A DNA stretch of 64,000 nt from Candidatus Poribacteria bacterium (GTDB taxonomy: Bacteria > Poribacteria > WGA-4E > PCPOR2b). Below the pieces are notes generated by a model that made no database searches, was not told the DNA's origin, and was given only the letters and a program-made list of their open reading frames with translations. The stretch spans positions 2,720,001 through 2,784,000 of the forward strand of contig OZ244587.1 in assembly GCA_965218095.1 (NCBI GenBank), read 5' to 3'. Within the stretch, counting starts at the first letter, position 1. Each line of letters opens with the position of its first letter. Shown here piece by piece: positions 10,268 to 19,272 of this stretch. A program made the translations under genes and the position numbers.

Positions 10268-10892
10268 GAAACCGTATCTACAGCTCCTTGATAAACCGGT
10301 GCTCACACACACAATCGACGTGTTCGATCGGTGTTCCGTTGTCGATGCGATTTATGTGATTGTCGGTACGACAGATTTCGAGGTTTGCCAATCCGTTGCA
10401 ATCGAGCCTTACGGATTCCAAAAGGTTGCAAATCTCGTCACCGGCGGCGAGACACGCCAGGATTCTGTGTTCAATGGATTGCAAGTCCTCTCCGACGATA
10501 CAGATTTCGTCATCGTCCATGATGGTGTTCGCCCTTTTGTGACCGATGAAATGATTTTCACCTGTCTTGAAGCAGCGGAGCATTGGGGAGCAGCAATTGT
10601 CGCGGTTCCGGTCAAAGATACGGTTAAGATCGCAGACGGGGCGGGGTTTGTCGTCGATACCCCGGATCGGCACCAACTCTGGGCGGTACAGACGCCGCAG
10701 GCGTTTCGGAAAGAGCTGCTATTGGAAGCCCACCGGCACGCTCGACAAGCGGGGATGCAAGCGACCGATGACGCAGGACTTGTTGAGCGACTCGGTTTCA
10801 AGGTGAAGCTCGTCATGGGGAGCTATCGCAATTTGAAGATCACGACCCCTGAAGATCTGGTCATCGCTGAAACACTCAAACGTGAAACGTGA
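10197..10892 (+). CDS. ispD: 2-C-methyl-D-erythritol 4-phosphate cytidylyltransferase
   Basis: IPAAGSGSRMG, RQDSV, VHDGVRPF, VQTPQ, KITTPED; start chosen at ATG 10197, overlapping the yacL end. Confidence 0.95.
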   Translation: MNRRTCVLIPAAGSGSRMGQPRTKKPYLQLLDKPVLTHTIDVFDRCSVVDAIYVIVGTTDFEVCQSVAIEPYGFQKVANLVTGGETRQDSVFNGLQVLSDDTDFVIVHDGVRPFVTDEMIFTCLEAAEHWGAAIVAVPVKDTVKIADGAGFVVDTPDRHQLWAVQTPQAFRKELLLEAHRHARQAGMQATDDAGLVERLGFKVKLVMGSYRNLKITTPEDLVIAETLKRET

Positions 10893-10963
10893 CAAGTAAA
10901 CGCTTTTACGTATTACTTCTTACATCTCAATACGCTGGTTCGTCCATTCATTGATTTCCCATC

Positions 10964-11440
10964 ATGCGTGTAGGAATTGGTTACGATGTTCATCGATTAG
11001 GAGCAAATCGGAAATTGATCCTGGGGGGCGTTACCATCCCGTATGAATTGGGGTTGCTTGGACACTCCGATGCCGATGTATTGACCCATGCGATTTGCGA
11101 CGCGATGCTCGGCGCGGCGGGATTAGGCGATATCGGCCAACATTTTCCCGACACCGATCCGGCTTATGCCGGAATCGACAGTTTGATCCTGCTCGATAAG
11201 GTGAAGGCATTGATTTCTGCTGACTACGCAATCCAAAATGTAGACAGTACAGTTATTGCGCAACGTCCAAAACTCGCGCCCTATATTCCTGCAATGCGCC
11301 AACGTCTTGCCGAGACGTTAGGTATTTCGAGCGGTCAGATCAATGTGAAAGCAACAACGTCGGAAGGACTCGGCTTCATTGGCGAAGGAAAAGCCATTGC
11401 CGCTCAAGCAATCGTCTGCCTCGTTTCGTGGGTGATTTGA
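10964..11440 (+). CDS. ispF: 2-C-methyl-D-erythritol 2,4-cyclodiphosphate synthase
   Basis: [26 protein letters not shown]. Confidence 0.97.
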   Translation: MRVGIGYDVHRLGANRKLILGGVTIPYELGLLGHSDADVLTHAICDAMLGAAGLGDIGQHFPDTDPAYAGIDSLILLDKVKALISADYAIQNVDSTVIAQRPKLAPYIPAMRQRLAETLGISSGQINVKATTSEGLGFIGEGKAIAAQAIVCLVSWVI

Positions 11441-11550
11441 GCTACTTGATAGCACGGATTAACAGAATGTACGGATCTCTGCTCAAAAAAATCCGCAACA
11501 TTCTGAGGATCTGTGCTATTTCCCCTCACAGGTGGTAACTCAGGTTAATT

Positions 11551-11679
11551 GAATTCATTGCGGGTAGTTTCTTGGAAGTCTAATAGAGCGCAGCGAAGAA
11601 TCTCCTCGTTAGGGTGCAAGAGATCCGTCCCTTCGTTGAGGCTGACGGGAGAAGCGCGCGTTTCACTTGCTATAAGTTC
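11551..11679. mobile_element. MITE-like element, copy 2 (inverted relative to copy 1)
   Basis: Reverse complement aligns nearly base for base with 975-1119 minus the 16-bp duplication. Confidence 0.75.
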
Positions 11680-11705
11680 ATTAAGAAACTGATTACAATA
11701 CCTTG

Positions 11706-11878
11706 TCTGATGAATCGGATGAAAGAGCCTATTGGTTATCTCGAACGCCATCCGAGCGTTTACGGCATATTGAGGTGCTACGCCGGATAAATTATGGATA
11801 TAGAGCTACCGCCCGACTTCAAAGAGTTCTTGAATTTGCTCAACTCTAAGTAGACGATTACTCATAGGCGGATATGCA
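11706..11878 (+). pseudogene. Remnant of a small protein plus nucleotidyltransferase-like pair (TA-like)
   Basis: SDESDERAYWLSRTPSERLRHIEVLRRINYG...LQRVLEFAQL* overlapped by MDIELPPDFKEFLNLLNSK* and then, frameshifted, LLIGGYA. Confidence 0.5.
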
Positions 11879-11890
11879 GAAAGAAAACCG

Positions 11891-13351
11891 ATGGCATTAA
11901 GGATTTACAATTCCCTCACAAGGCAGTTGGAAGAATTTGTGCCTTTACACGAGGGAAAAGTTCTCATGTACAGTTGTGGGCCAACCGTCTACGATTACTT
12001 TCATATCGGCAACGCCCGCACGTTTCTGGTTTCTGATGTCGTTCGTTGCTATCTTGAATATAAAGGCTACACAGTCAAGCTGGTCCAAAATCTAACGGAT
12101 ATTGACGATAAGATCATCAATCGTGCGAACGAACAGGGAATCAACGCATTTCAACTTGCGCAGAAATATGTGGACGCCTATTTTGAAGACTCGCAAAAAC
12201 TGGGTATCCGTCCTGCTGATGTCCACCCGAGGGCAACTGAACATATTCCAGAGATGATCGACCTGATTCAAACGCTGATTGATAAGAACATGGCTTATGA
12301 GGTTGATGGAGACGTGTATTACCGCGTCAACAGCTTTGCAGGATACGGAAAGCTCTCTCATCGGAAACCGGAAGATCTGCTCGCTGGCGCACGAGTTGAG
12401 GTTGACGAACGGAAGGAAGATCCACGTGATTTTGATCTCTGGAAGAAATCGAAAGCGGGGGAACCATCGTGGGATAGCCCGTGGGGGGAAGGGAGACCAG
12501 GCTGGCACATTGAGTGCTCCGCCATGGCGATGAAACATCTCGGTAAAACGATTGATATTCACGCCGGCGGTCATGACCTTCAATTCCCACACCACGAAAA
12601 TGAGATTGCCCAGAGTGAGGTGGCGACGGGAAAAGCCTTTGCTCGGTACTGGATGCATGTCGCGTTCTTGAGAGTTGATGGACAGCGGATGGCTAAATCA
12701 GGAAAGAATTTCATATATGTTCATGATGCTGTGCAGAAACATTCCCCTGAAGCGATTCGCCATTTTCTGATTTCCGCACAATATCGCCACCCACTAGATT
12801 ATAATGCAACAAGTTTGCAAGAATCGAGCAGCGCTATTCGACGGTTAAATAATTGTCTTGATGCGCTAAGACCGTATCGAGACGCGGAGGCGAATACACT
12901 TGATGAGGGGGCGTTGAACGACGCTGAAGCTGTCCTGCTTCTTCAATCAATGGATGCGATGCGTTATAACTTTGAGTCCGCAATGGACGATGATTTTAAC
13001 ACTGCGGGAGCAATGGGAGCGATTTTTAAGTTCGTCGGAGAAACGAATCAATTTCTCGCGGCGACCGAAAATAACTCATCAGATACGGGCAGAAAAGTGC
13101 GAAGTCAGGCATACAAAAGCCTTGTTAAAGTATGCAGCGCACTCGGCATCTACACCGATAAGGAAACCTCCAGCGATGAACACGAAGCCTTGATAGAACA
13201 GCTTATGGGTCTCATTCTGGAGGTGCGCCAGGATGCGAGGCAGCGTAAAGACTGGGAAACAGGGGATAAAATTCGTGATTGGCTAAAGCAACTCAATATT
13301 GAACTCCAGGATACCCGATCCGGAACAACCTGGAAAGTTATACCACGATAG
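11891..13351 (+). CDS. cysS: Cysteine--tRNA ligase
   Basis: CGPTVY, HIGN, GRPGWHIECSAM, FPHHENE, RMAKS (KMSKS-like). Confidence 0.98.
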   Translation: MALRIYNSLTRQLEEFVPLHEGKVLMYSCGPTVYDYFHIGNARTFLVSDVVRCYLEYKGYTVKLVQNLTDIDDKIINRANEQGINAFQLAQKYVDAYFEDSQKLGIRPADVHPRATEHIPEMIDLIQTLIDKNMAYEVDGDVYYRVNSFAGYGKLSHRKPEDLLAGARVEVDERKEDPRDFDLWKKSKAGEPSWDSPWGEGRPGWHIECSAMAMKHLGKTIDIHAGGHDLQFPHHENEIAQSEVATGKAFARYWMHVAFLRVDGQRMAKSGKNFIYVHDAVQKHSPEAIRHFLISAQYRHPLDYNATSLQESSSAIRRLNNCLDALRPYRDAEANTLDEGALNDAEAVLLLQSMDAMRYNFESAMDDDFNTAGAMGAIFKFVGETNQFLAATENNSSDTGRKVRSQAYKSLVKVCSALGIYTDKETSSDEHEALIEQLMGLILEVRQDARQRKDWETGDKIRDWLKQLNIELQDTRSGTTWKVIPR

Positions 13352-13665
13352 GTCATAACTTACACCACTACCATTTTGCATCTTGCATCTTGAATCCTGT
13401 ATCGATGCCAGATGCAAGATTCAGGTCTGGGACTCTCGCCCCGACAGATCGGGATAAACTGCGCGGAGATTCAGACGGCGCAAGCGTCATTTGTGACCGT
13501 CCGCAGATATCAAAGGGGATTCGTAACAATGTATCGTGCTTTGGGTCTATTATCTATTGTCGTTCATTGTAAAAAATTCCTGAAGGAATGAACTCTGAAA
13601 CTCACATTACACGTTTACACTTTTTGTGTAAGGATTCACCCCTAACCAAAGTAAGGAGGCAAAAT

Positions 13666-14244
13666 ATGCGTTTTGTGATACGAACACTGGGAATGTTGAG
13701 TCTGGTTTTCATGCTTGGCAGCTTGGGTTGTGCTGGCCCTCCAATTGATTGGGATAACAACCTCGCGGTTTTTGCTGAGAGCAAAGATCCAAAACTAAAC
13801 GACGATAACATACTTTCGGTCGGAGAAACGAGTCCGCTAATCAGTGAAGCAAAGGATAAGAAGTCCGTCGAGGAAGCTGATAACTATACACAGGCATCGC
13901 TTGAATGGGGCAAAAACCAGACAATCCAGTGCGTCACTGTGAAAGCTGGTCCGGGAGACCTCGAATTCTTTGAAGTCCAGTACCAGGATGATGAAGGAAA
14001 TTGGCATACGGTTGGCAGTGCCAGGAATCACGTGAGGGAAGAGTACAGACTCAAGTTGAACGCGCCAATCCACACCCGCAAATTGCGCCTGAAAGTCCCC
14101 AAAAAATGGGATTCCCGCCGAATCGGGGGCGCAAAACGCAGGACAAGGGGCGAAGGCGGCGCAGAGGTTAACATCTATAAGAAAATTCGTGATATTGGCG
14201 TTTATCCGCCCCTGCCACCGGAAAAAACAGCAACAGCGCAGTGA
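13666..14244 (+). CDS. Hypothetical lipoprotein with a discoidin/galactose-binding-like beta domain
   Basis: SD AGGAGG, lipobox SLGC, FEVQY...W...TRKLRL pattern. Confidence 0.6.
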   Translation: MRFVIRTLGMLSLVFMLGSLGCAGPPIDWDNNLAVFAESKDPKLNDDNILSVGETSPLISEAKDKKSVEEADNYTQASLEWGKNQTIQCVTVKAGPGDLEFFEVQYQDDEGNWHTVGSARNHVREEYRLKLNAPIHTRKLRLKVPKKWDSRRIGGAKRRTRGEGGAEVNIYKKIRDIGVYPPLPPEKTATAQ

Positions 14245-14256
14245 GATCTGCAGATC

Positions 14257-15474
14257 ATGTTATCCGCTGAAGCAAAAAGTTTGATTCAGCTCAACCTTAT
14301 TCCTGGTGTTGGAAATCATACTATCCGACGCCTGTTAGCGGCTTTTGGATCTGCGGAGAAAACGCTTGCCGCGACATCAAAGGAGTTAGCCCAGATCGAT
14401 GAGCTGACTCCCGATGTCTGCCGGCGACTGATTGACGGCAGATCGCACGTTTCCTTAGCGCGCGAACTCGAACTCATCCAAACGCACCAGTGCCACATCG
14501 TGACCATCAACGACAAATCTTACCCCGCCCTCCTTAAACAGATTGATGACCCGCCCCTACTCCTTTATATCAAAGGCCAATTGTCCCTGCAGGATACAGC
14601 GAGCGTCGCAATTGTCGGATCGCGCAACCCTACCAATTACGGTAAAACGATAAGCCAGCAACTGAGCTATCAACTCGCAACGCATGGCATAACAATTGTA
14701 AGCGGATTTGCACGTGGCATTGATACCTGTGCCCATCGAGGCGCCCTTGAAGCCGGTGGGAAAACCATCGCAGTATTGGGGTGTGGGCTGAGTATTGTAT
14801 ATCCGGAAGTGAACAGGGAGCTTATAGATGAAATCATCAAATACGGTGCGTTGATCTCTGAATTCCCGATGACGATGCCACCAAAAGGAACCAACTTCCC
14901 TCGCCGAAATCGCATAATTAGTGGTTTAACGCTGGGTACACTTGTTGTTGAAGCGTCGGAACGCAGCGGTTCGCTGATTACCGCCCGTCACGCCGCCGAA
15001 CAGGGCCGAGAAGTTTTTGCTGTACCGGGGCAAATCTTCTCTAAGATGTCACAAGGTACGCATTATCTCATCAATCAAGGGGCGACGCTGATTCATACCG
15101 TTGATGATCTCCTAGATATATTGCCTCAAGACTATGCGAAAGTCCCTGCGCAAAAATCATCCCCTCGTCAACCACTTCCCCAGAAGGATAAGGGGTTCCA
15201 AACCCCTACACCGCGATCAGAGGAGAAGGCGAAACCTGAACCATCGTTACCTTCTCAACCAGAGACGACAGCCAAACCCGATCCGGCTCCGCCCTTACAA
15301 CTGAGTTCCGATGAACAAGCTGTTCTGTCAGCGATCGATTCTCCTACGTCCCATATTGATCAGATTGCGCGGGTAACGCAACTGCCCATCGGTAAGGTCT
15401 CCTCGCTCCTCGTTATGCTTGAACTGAAAGGGCTCATTCAACAGGCGCCGGGAAAACAGTTTGCCAAAAAATGA
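14257..15474 (+). CDS. dprA: DNA processing protein DprA
   Basis: AIVGSR, VSGFARGID, FPRRNRIISGL, GSLITA, C-terminal winged helix. Confidence 0.97.
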   Translation: MLSAEAKSLIQLNLIPGVGNHTIRRLLAAFGSAEKTLAATSKELAQIDELTPDVCRRLIDGRSHVSLARELELIQTHQCHIVTINDKSYPALLKQIDDPPLLLYIKGQLSLQDTASVAIVGSRNPTNYGKTISQQLSYQLATHGITIVSGFARGIDTCAHRGALEAGGKTIAVLGCGLSIVYPEVNRELIDEIIKYGALISEFPMTMPPKGTNFPRRNRIISGLTLGTLVVEASERSGSLITARHAAEQGREVFAVPGQIFSKMSQGTHYLINQGATLIHTVDDLLDILPQDYAKVPAQKSSPRQPLPQKDKGFQTPTPRSEEKAKPEPSLPSQPETTAKPDPAPPLQLSSDEQAVLSAIDSPTSHIDQIARVTQLPIGKVSSLLVMLELKGLIQQAPGKQFAKK

Positions 15475-15554
15475 TTATTTATGGGGCTGGTTCAAAAATA
15501 GGTTGACACTTTAGCCTGATTGTTGTGCTTAAATGTGACAGGAAGACCTGAATT

Positions 15555-16517
15555 ATGCGAAGACCCTTAGACTTTGAAAAACCGCTACTTGAGTTAAATC
15601 AACATATCGCCCAACTCCGGATGCTTGCTGAAGCGAATCCGGAGTTGGATCTTACAAAGGGAATCAAAGCCCTCGAAGAAAACACAAAGCAGCTTACAAA
15701 GCAAGCCTTTCAAAAGCTGACGCGGTGGGATAAAGTTTGGCTGTCACGGCACGAGGAACGTCCCCACGCGCCGGTATACATCAGCGCTATTCTGCAAGAT
15801 GCGATTGAACTGTATGGTGACAAATTGTATGCCGATGACCGAGCGCTAGTTGGTGGACTGGCTTGGTTTAGCGGTCAACCGATTGTTTACCTCGCTCAGC
15901 AGAAAGGCACAAACATCAAGGAACGGCAAGAGATGAACTTTGGGTATACCCGCCCGGAAGGATACCGCAAAGCACGACGGTTGATGAAACTGGCGGAGAA
16001 GTTCAATCGTCCGTTGATCTGCTTCGTTGATACACGTGGTGCGCATTACGATGCAGAATCGGAGGAGCGCGGGCAATCCATCGCGATCGCGGAGAATCTC
16101 GCTGAGATGTCCAGGCTGCGCATCCCGATCATCGTTGTGGTGATTGGCGAGGGCGGCAGCGGAGGCGCCTTAGCCATCGCTGTCGGGGATCGTGTGCTGA
16201 TGATGGAGTACGCAATCTACTGCGTTGCCGCGCCCGAAGTGTGCAGCAGTATTGTGTGGAAGGATAACGGCGAACGCGCTCCAGAAGCCACAGAAGGTTA
16301 CAAGCCTGCTGCGGAAGATCTCTTGAAATTCGGTATCATTGACGAGCTCATCCGTGAACCACTCGGTGGAGCGCACCGCGATGTGGCGTTGGCGACCAGA
16401 CGGGTCAAAGCTGCAATTAAGAAGCATCTCAAGGAATTGATGGAGATAGATCCGGCGCTTTTGGTTCAACAGCGATGTGAACGCTATCGGAAGATCGGGA
16501 TCTACGGTGAATCATGA
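15555..16517 (+). CDS. accA: Acetyl-CoA carboxylase carboxyltransferase alpha subunit
   Basis: LDFEKP, PEGYRKA, GEGGSGGALAI, EPLGGAHR. Confidence 0.97.
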   Translation: MRRPLDFEKPLLELNQHIAQLRMLAEANPELDLTKGIKALEENTKQLTKQAFQKLTRWDKVWLSRHEERPHAPVYISAILQDAIELYGDKLYADDRALVGGLAWFSGQPIVYLAQQKGTNIKERQEMNFGYTRPEGYRKARRLMKLAEKFNRPLICFVDTRGAHYDAESEERGQSIAIAENLAEMSRLRIPIIVVVIGEGGSGGALAIAVGDRVLMMEYAIYCVAAPEVCSSIVWKDNGERAPEATEGYKPAAEDLLKFGIIDELIREPLGGAHRDVALATRRVKAAIKKHLKELMEIDPALLVQQRCERYRKIGIYGES

Positions 16518-17029
16518 AAATCCGAACCATCACCACAGGAATCCCCTCCGCATTTTCCCCTGAACAGTTGCAATGCGCCGTAGACTTCAATCATCGCTGT
16601 CAGGAGCGATTTGAAGCGAATAGATACGAAGTCCAAACTACACGGTTGAGTAGCTAGGCGTGGAGCGAAATCTCCAATCTCGATCAGGCCCTTGAATTGG
16701 GCGTCGAATTTTTCAGCTTGGGAACAATCTTCCCTGATCTGCCCCAAACGCCAACTCATCTTGATGTCGTCAGCCGTGAAGGTTATTTTAATCTGGATAG
16801 TCTGCTGCTCTACTCTGCTGTCTGCGGCACCGGGCTGGACACCATCCCAATTCCCGGCGATACGTCCGTTGATCAGATTCGCGCCATCCTGACTGACGTC
16901 GCTTCCCTTTCGATCCGATGGGGTAAACCTCTTTCCGCCCGCCTCTTTCCTGTGCCCGGCTTGGGTACAGGTGAACTCACCCACTTTGATTCTCCTTACT
17001 TGACCAATACCACCGTCATGGTGCTTTGA
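16514..17029 (+). pseudogene. DUF711 family pseudogene
   Basis: MKIRTITTG...YEVQTTR N-terminus in frame with SAVCGTGLDTIPIPGD...KPLSARLFP C-terminus; TAG at 16655 and an apparent large internal deletion. Confidence 0.7.
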
Positions 17030-17228
17030 TGAAAACAGCCCAACTGTGCGTTCCCTTTCAAATTCCTGCGATCTGCGTTGACAGTGCCCTAACGATGTGT
17101 TATCCTATCTAACGAAATGAGCAGGGGTATTCGCAGAAGAGCAAGAAGAAGATCAACAGTGGACGGAATTGACAGGTACTCAAATAGATCATCTATGAGA
17201 TTGAAGGGGAAAGGAGACAGTAGATCCT

Positions 17229-17978
17229 ATGAGACTCGAAGGTAAAGTTGCAATCATCACAGGCGCTGCCTCCGGAATCGGGGTGGCAACCGCACTTTTA
17301 TTTGCAAAAGAAGGTACGAAGGTCGTGGTCGCGGATCTGAATGAGTCTGGGGGTAACGAAACGGTTGACCAAATCCGTTCTGATGGCGGTGCGGCGATCT
17401 TCGTCCGCACCGATGTAACTTCAGCCAAAGATGCGGAAGCGATAGTGAAATCGACAATTGACGCTTACGGCAAATTGGATGTGCTGTTCAACAACGCAGG
17501 AATTGCGATGCGCCTGCCCGTCGCTGATTTACCGGAGGAAGATTGGGATCGCTGCATTGAGATCAACCTGAAAGGGATCTTCCTCGGCTCGAAGTACGCG
17601 ATACCCGAGATGATCAAAAACGGCGGGGGCTCGATTATCAACATGGCGTCGATGTTCGGCATCGTCGGTGCAAAAATCCGCGCAGCTTACGTTGCCTCCA
17701 AAGGCGGTGTCGTCAATTTGACCCGCGGCATGGCGCTTGACTATGCCCCCAATAACATTCGCGTCAACTGCATCTGTCCCGGCTTTACCGATACACCGCT
17801 TATTCAGGCCATCGTGCCAACGCCGGAGGCGCGTCAAGCCCTTGGAGAAGATCATCCGATGGGGCGTCTCGCTACTCCACTGGATATTGCCTACGGCGCC
17901 TTGTATCTTGCGTCGGACGAATCATCCTTTGTGACGGGAATTGCCCTACCGATTGACGGCGGGTATACGGCGGGATAG
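17229..17978 (+). CDS. Short-chain dehydrogenase/reductase
   Basis: TGAASGIG, NNAG, YVASK, IDGG. Confidence 0.95.
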   Translation: MRLEGKVAIITGAASGIGVATALLFAKEGTKVVVADLNESGGNETVDQIRSDGGAAIFVRTDVTSAKDAEAIVKSTIDAYGKLDVLFNNAGIAMRLPVADLPEEDWDRCIEINLKGIFLGSKYAIPEMIKNGGGSIINMASMFGIVGAKIRAAYVASKGGVVNLTRGMALDYAPNNIRVNCICPGFTDTPLIQAIVPTPEARQALGEDHPMGRLATPLDIAYGALYLASDESSFVTGIALPIDGGYTAG

Positions 17979-18652
17979 GGAATTGGTTAACTCCCCCATA
18001 GCCGTCAATTTAAGGCTTCCGTTGTAGTGGTTCAGCAACTTTGAGCAGACGTTGGAAAGTGGAAGGTTTCGATTTTCCCCCAGAGATACGACACCCGTTG
18101 GCTAAAGCCCACTTGACATCTTCGAGTACATTGATGAGCCGCTCAACCGATGGCAATGCAAACGCCGCAGCAATTGCCAATGCATATTTGGGGAATTGGT
18201 TGACTCCCCTCTCCGTTTCGTCTCACTTCCCTCTCCTCGTAGGCTTATCTTTACCCACATCTTTGCAACAGATGGCACAATGGTCCAAAAACCACCGCGC
18301 GGAATTTCCATTGAGTTCAGCAGTGCGGTTTACCGGGGCCGCCGCAGCGATTGGTTCGGTAGGTAGAACATGCTGATTTCAGGGATTTTCCATAATGAGA
18401 CAGAAATCGCTTCTTAGAAATAGGGCGTAGTTGGTGTTAAAGTGTAAAGCAGTTGAGCCAGATAGGCACGAACCGCTCAAACCAACTGACGCCGGTCAAG
18501 AAACAGGGCCGCTCAAGTCGTAGAAACGCTCGCAATGCCAGTCCAATATGATTGCGTTGCGCAACTCCCTTGCGAACCATGGACCGCTCAACACCGATTT
18601 TCTGTCTAGGTGCGTAACTCCTATAGAAGAAAAATATCACACAAAAGCACAT

Positions 18653-18800
18653 GCCTAACCTGTCGTTGCAGCCCTAGGTGGGAGCTGCGATTTTATCAAT
18701 GTTTTTAGGGTTGCGGCGAGTTTTGGTTTATCGGACGTTTTCGGCAAACCCCTGCCGTGCTCGTCCGATTCATCGGACAACTGAACTTTGTTCGTTAGGA
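18653..18800 (+). mobile_element. Integron attC site 1 (148 bp)
   Basis: R'' GCCTAAC ... R' GTTAGGA; L boxes GTTGCAG/CTGAAC with an extrahelical G; homologous to three other sites in the window. Confidence 0.8.
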
Positions 18801-19210
18801 GGCTTACAACTAACGGGAAGCAAATTGGCAGATTTGGTACTTGACAGGTAAGCGGTACTTTATCTAAGGATTTGCATTATGAGCTAACTTTTCCTAAATT
18901 ATGCCCTGATCTGTTGAAGCCTCGCGCCTGTCAGTGGAGAAATCTGAGCAAATCGAGATCTATTGGTCTCGGCGAGACCGTCCGTATTGAAGTGCTGCAA
19001 GAATTTCAATTTGAAAAACATAAACTGTCTCTACCAATCATTCGGTGGTACGCCGACGGAATGCTCGAAGTTGTTGACAGAAGGGGCATTATAAAGGAAC
19101 TGTGAAATGATAGTGATTCCAATAATGTGGAATGCTTTGAAATAATCTGATAGAGAAGTTGCCCTTGACGGAATTAAAGAACTTGGGTTTGAGGTCATTG
19201 AACTTAGTCA
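18801..19210 (+). pseudogene. Degraded cassette-like ORF following attC1
   Basis: SD AGGAGG right after R', followed by fragmented reading frames (18872-19105 and downstream). Confidence 0.35.
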
Positions 19211-19227
19211 ACACATTCACACCAAAA

Positions 19228-19245
19228 GTGTATCAAATTTGACAC
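19228..19245. promoter_or_regulatory. Imperfect palindrome, possible operator of the 19273 operon
   Basis: GTG-TA-TCAAA/TTTGA-CAC; contains TTGACA; ~30 bp upstream of the start. Confidence 0.3.
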
Positions 19246-19272
19246 AACTTTCGCTATTACAAGAGGCGTAAC

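Noticed and set aside
16652-16660. Dcm (CCWGG) deamination as the source of the TAG codons
   Set aside because: Only the DUF711 site fits CCAGG to CTAGG; the other four contexts do not
17990-18620. Additional attC sites or genes upstream of attC1
   Set aside because: GTTRRRY-like words and ORF fragments occur, but I could not establish a matched R''/R' pair or a recognisable protein
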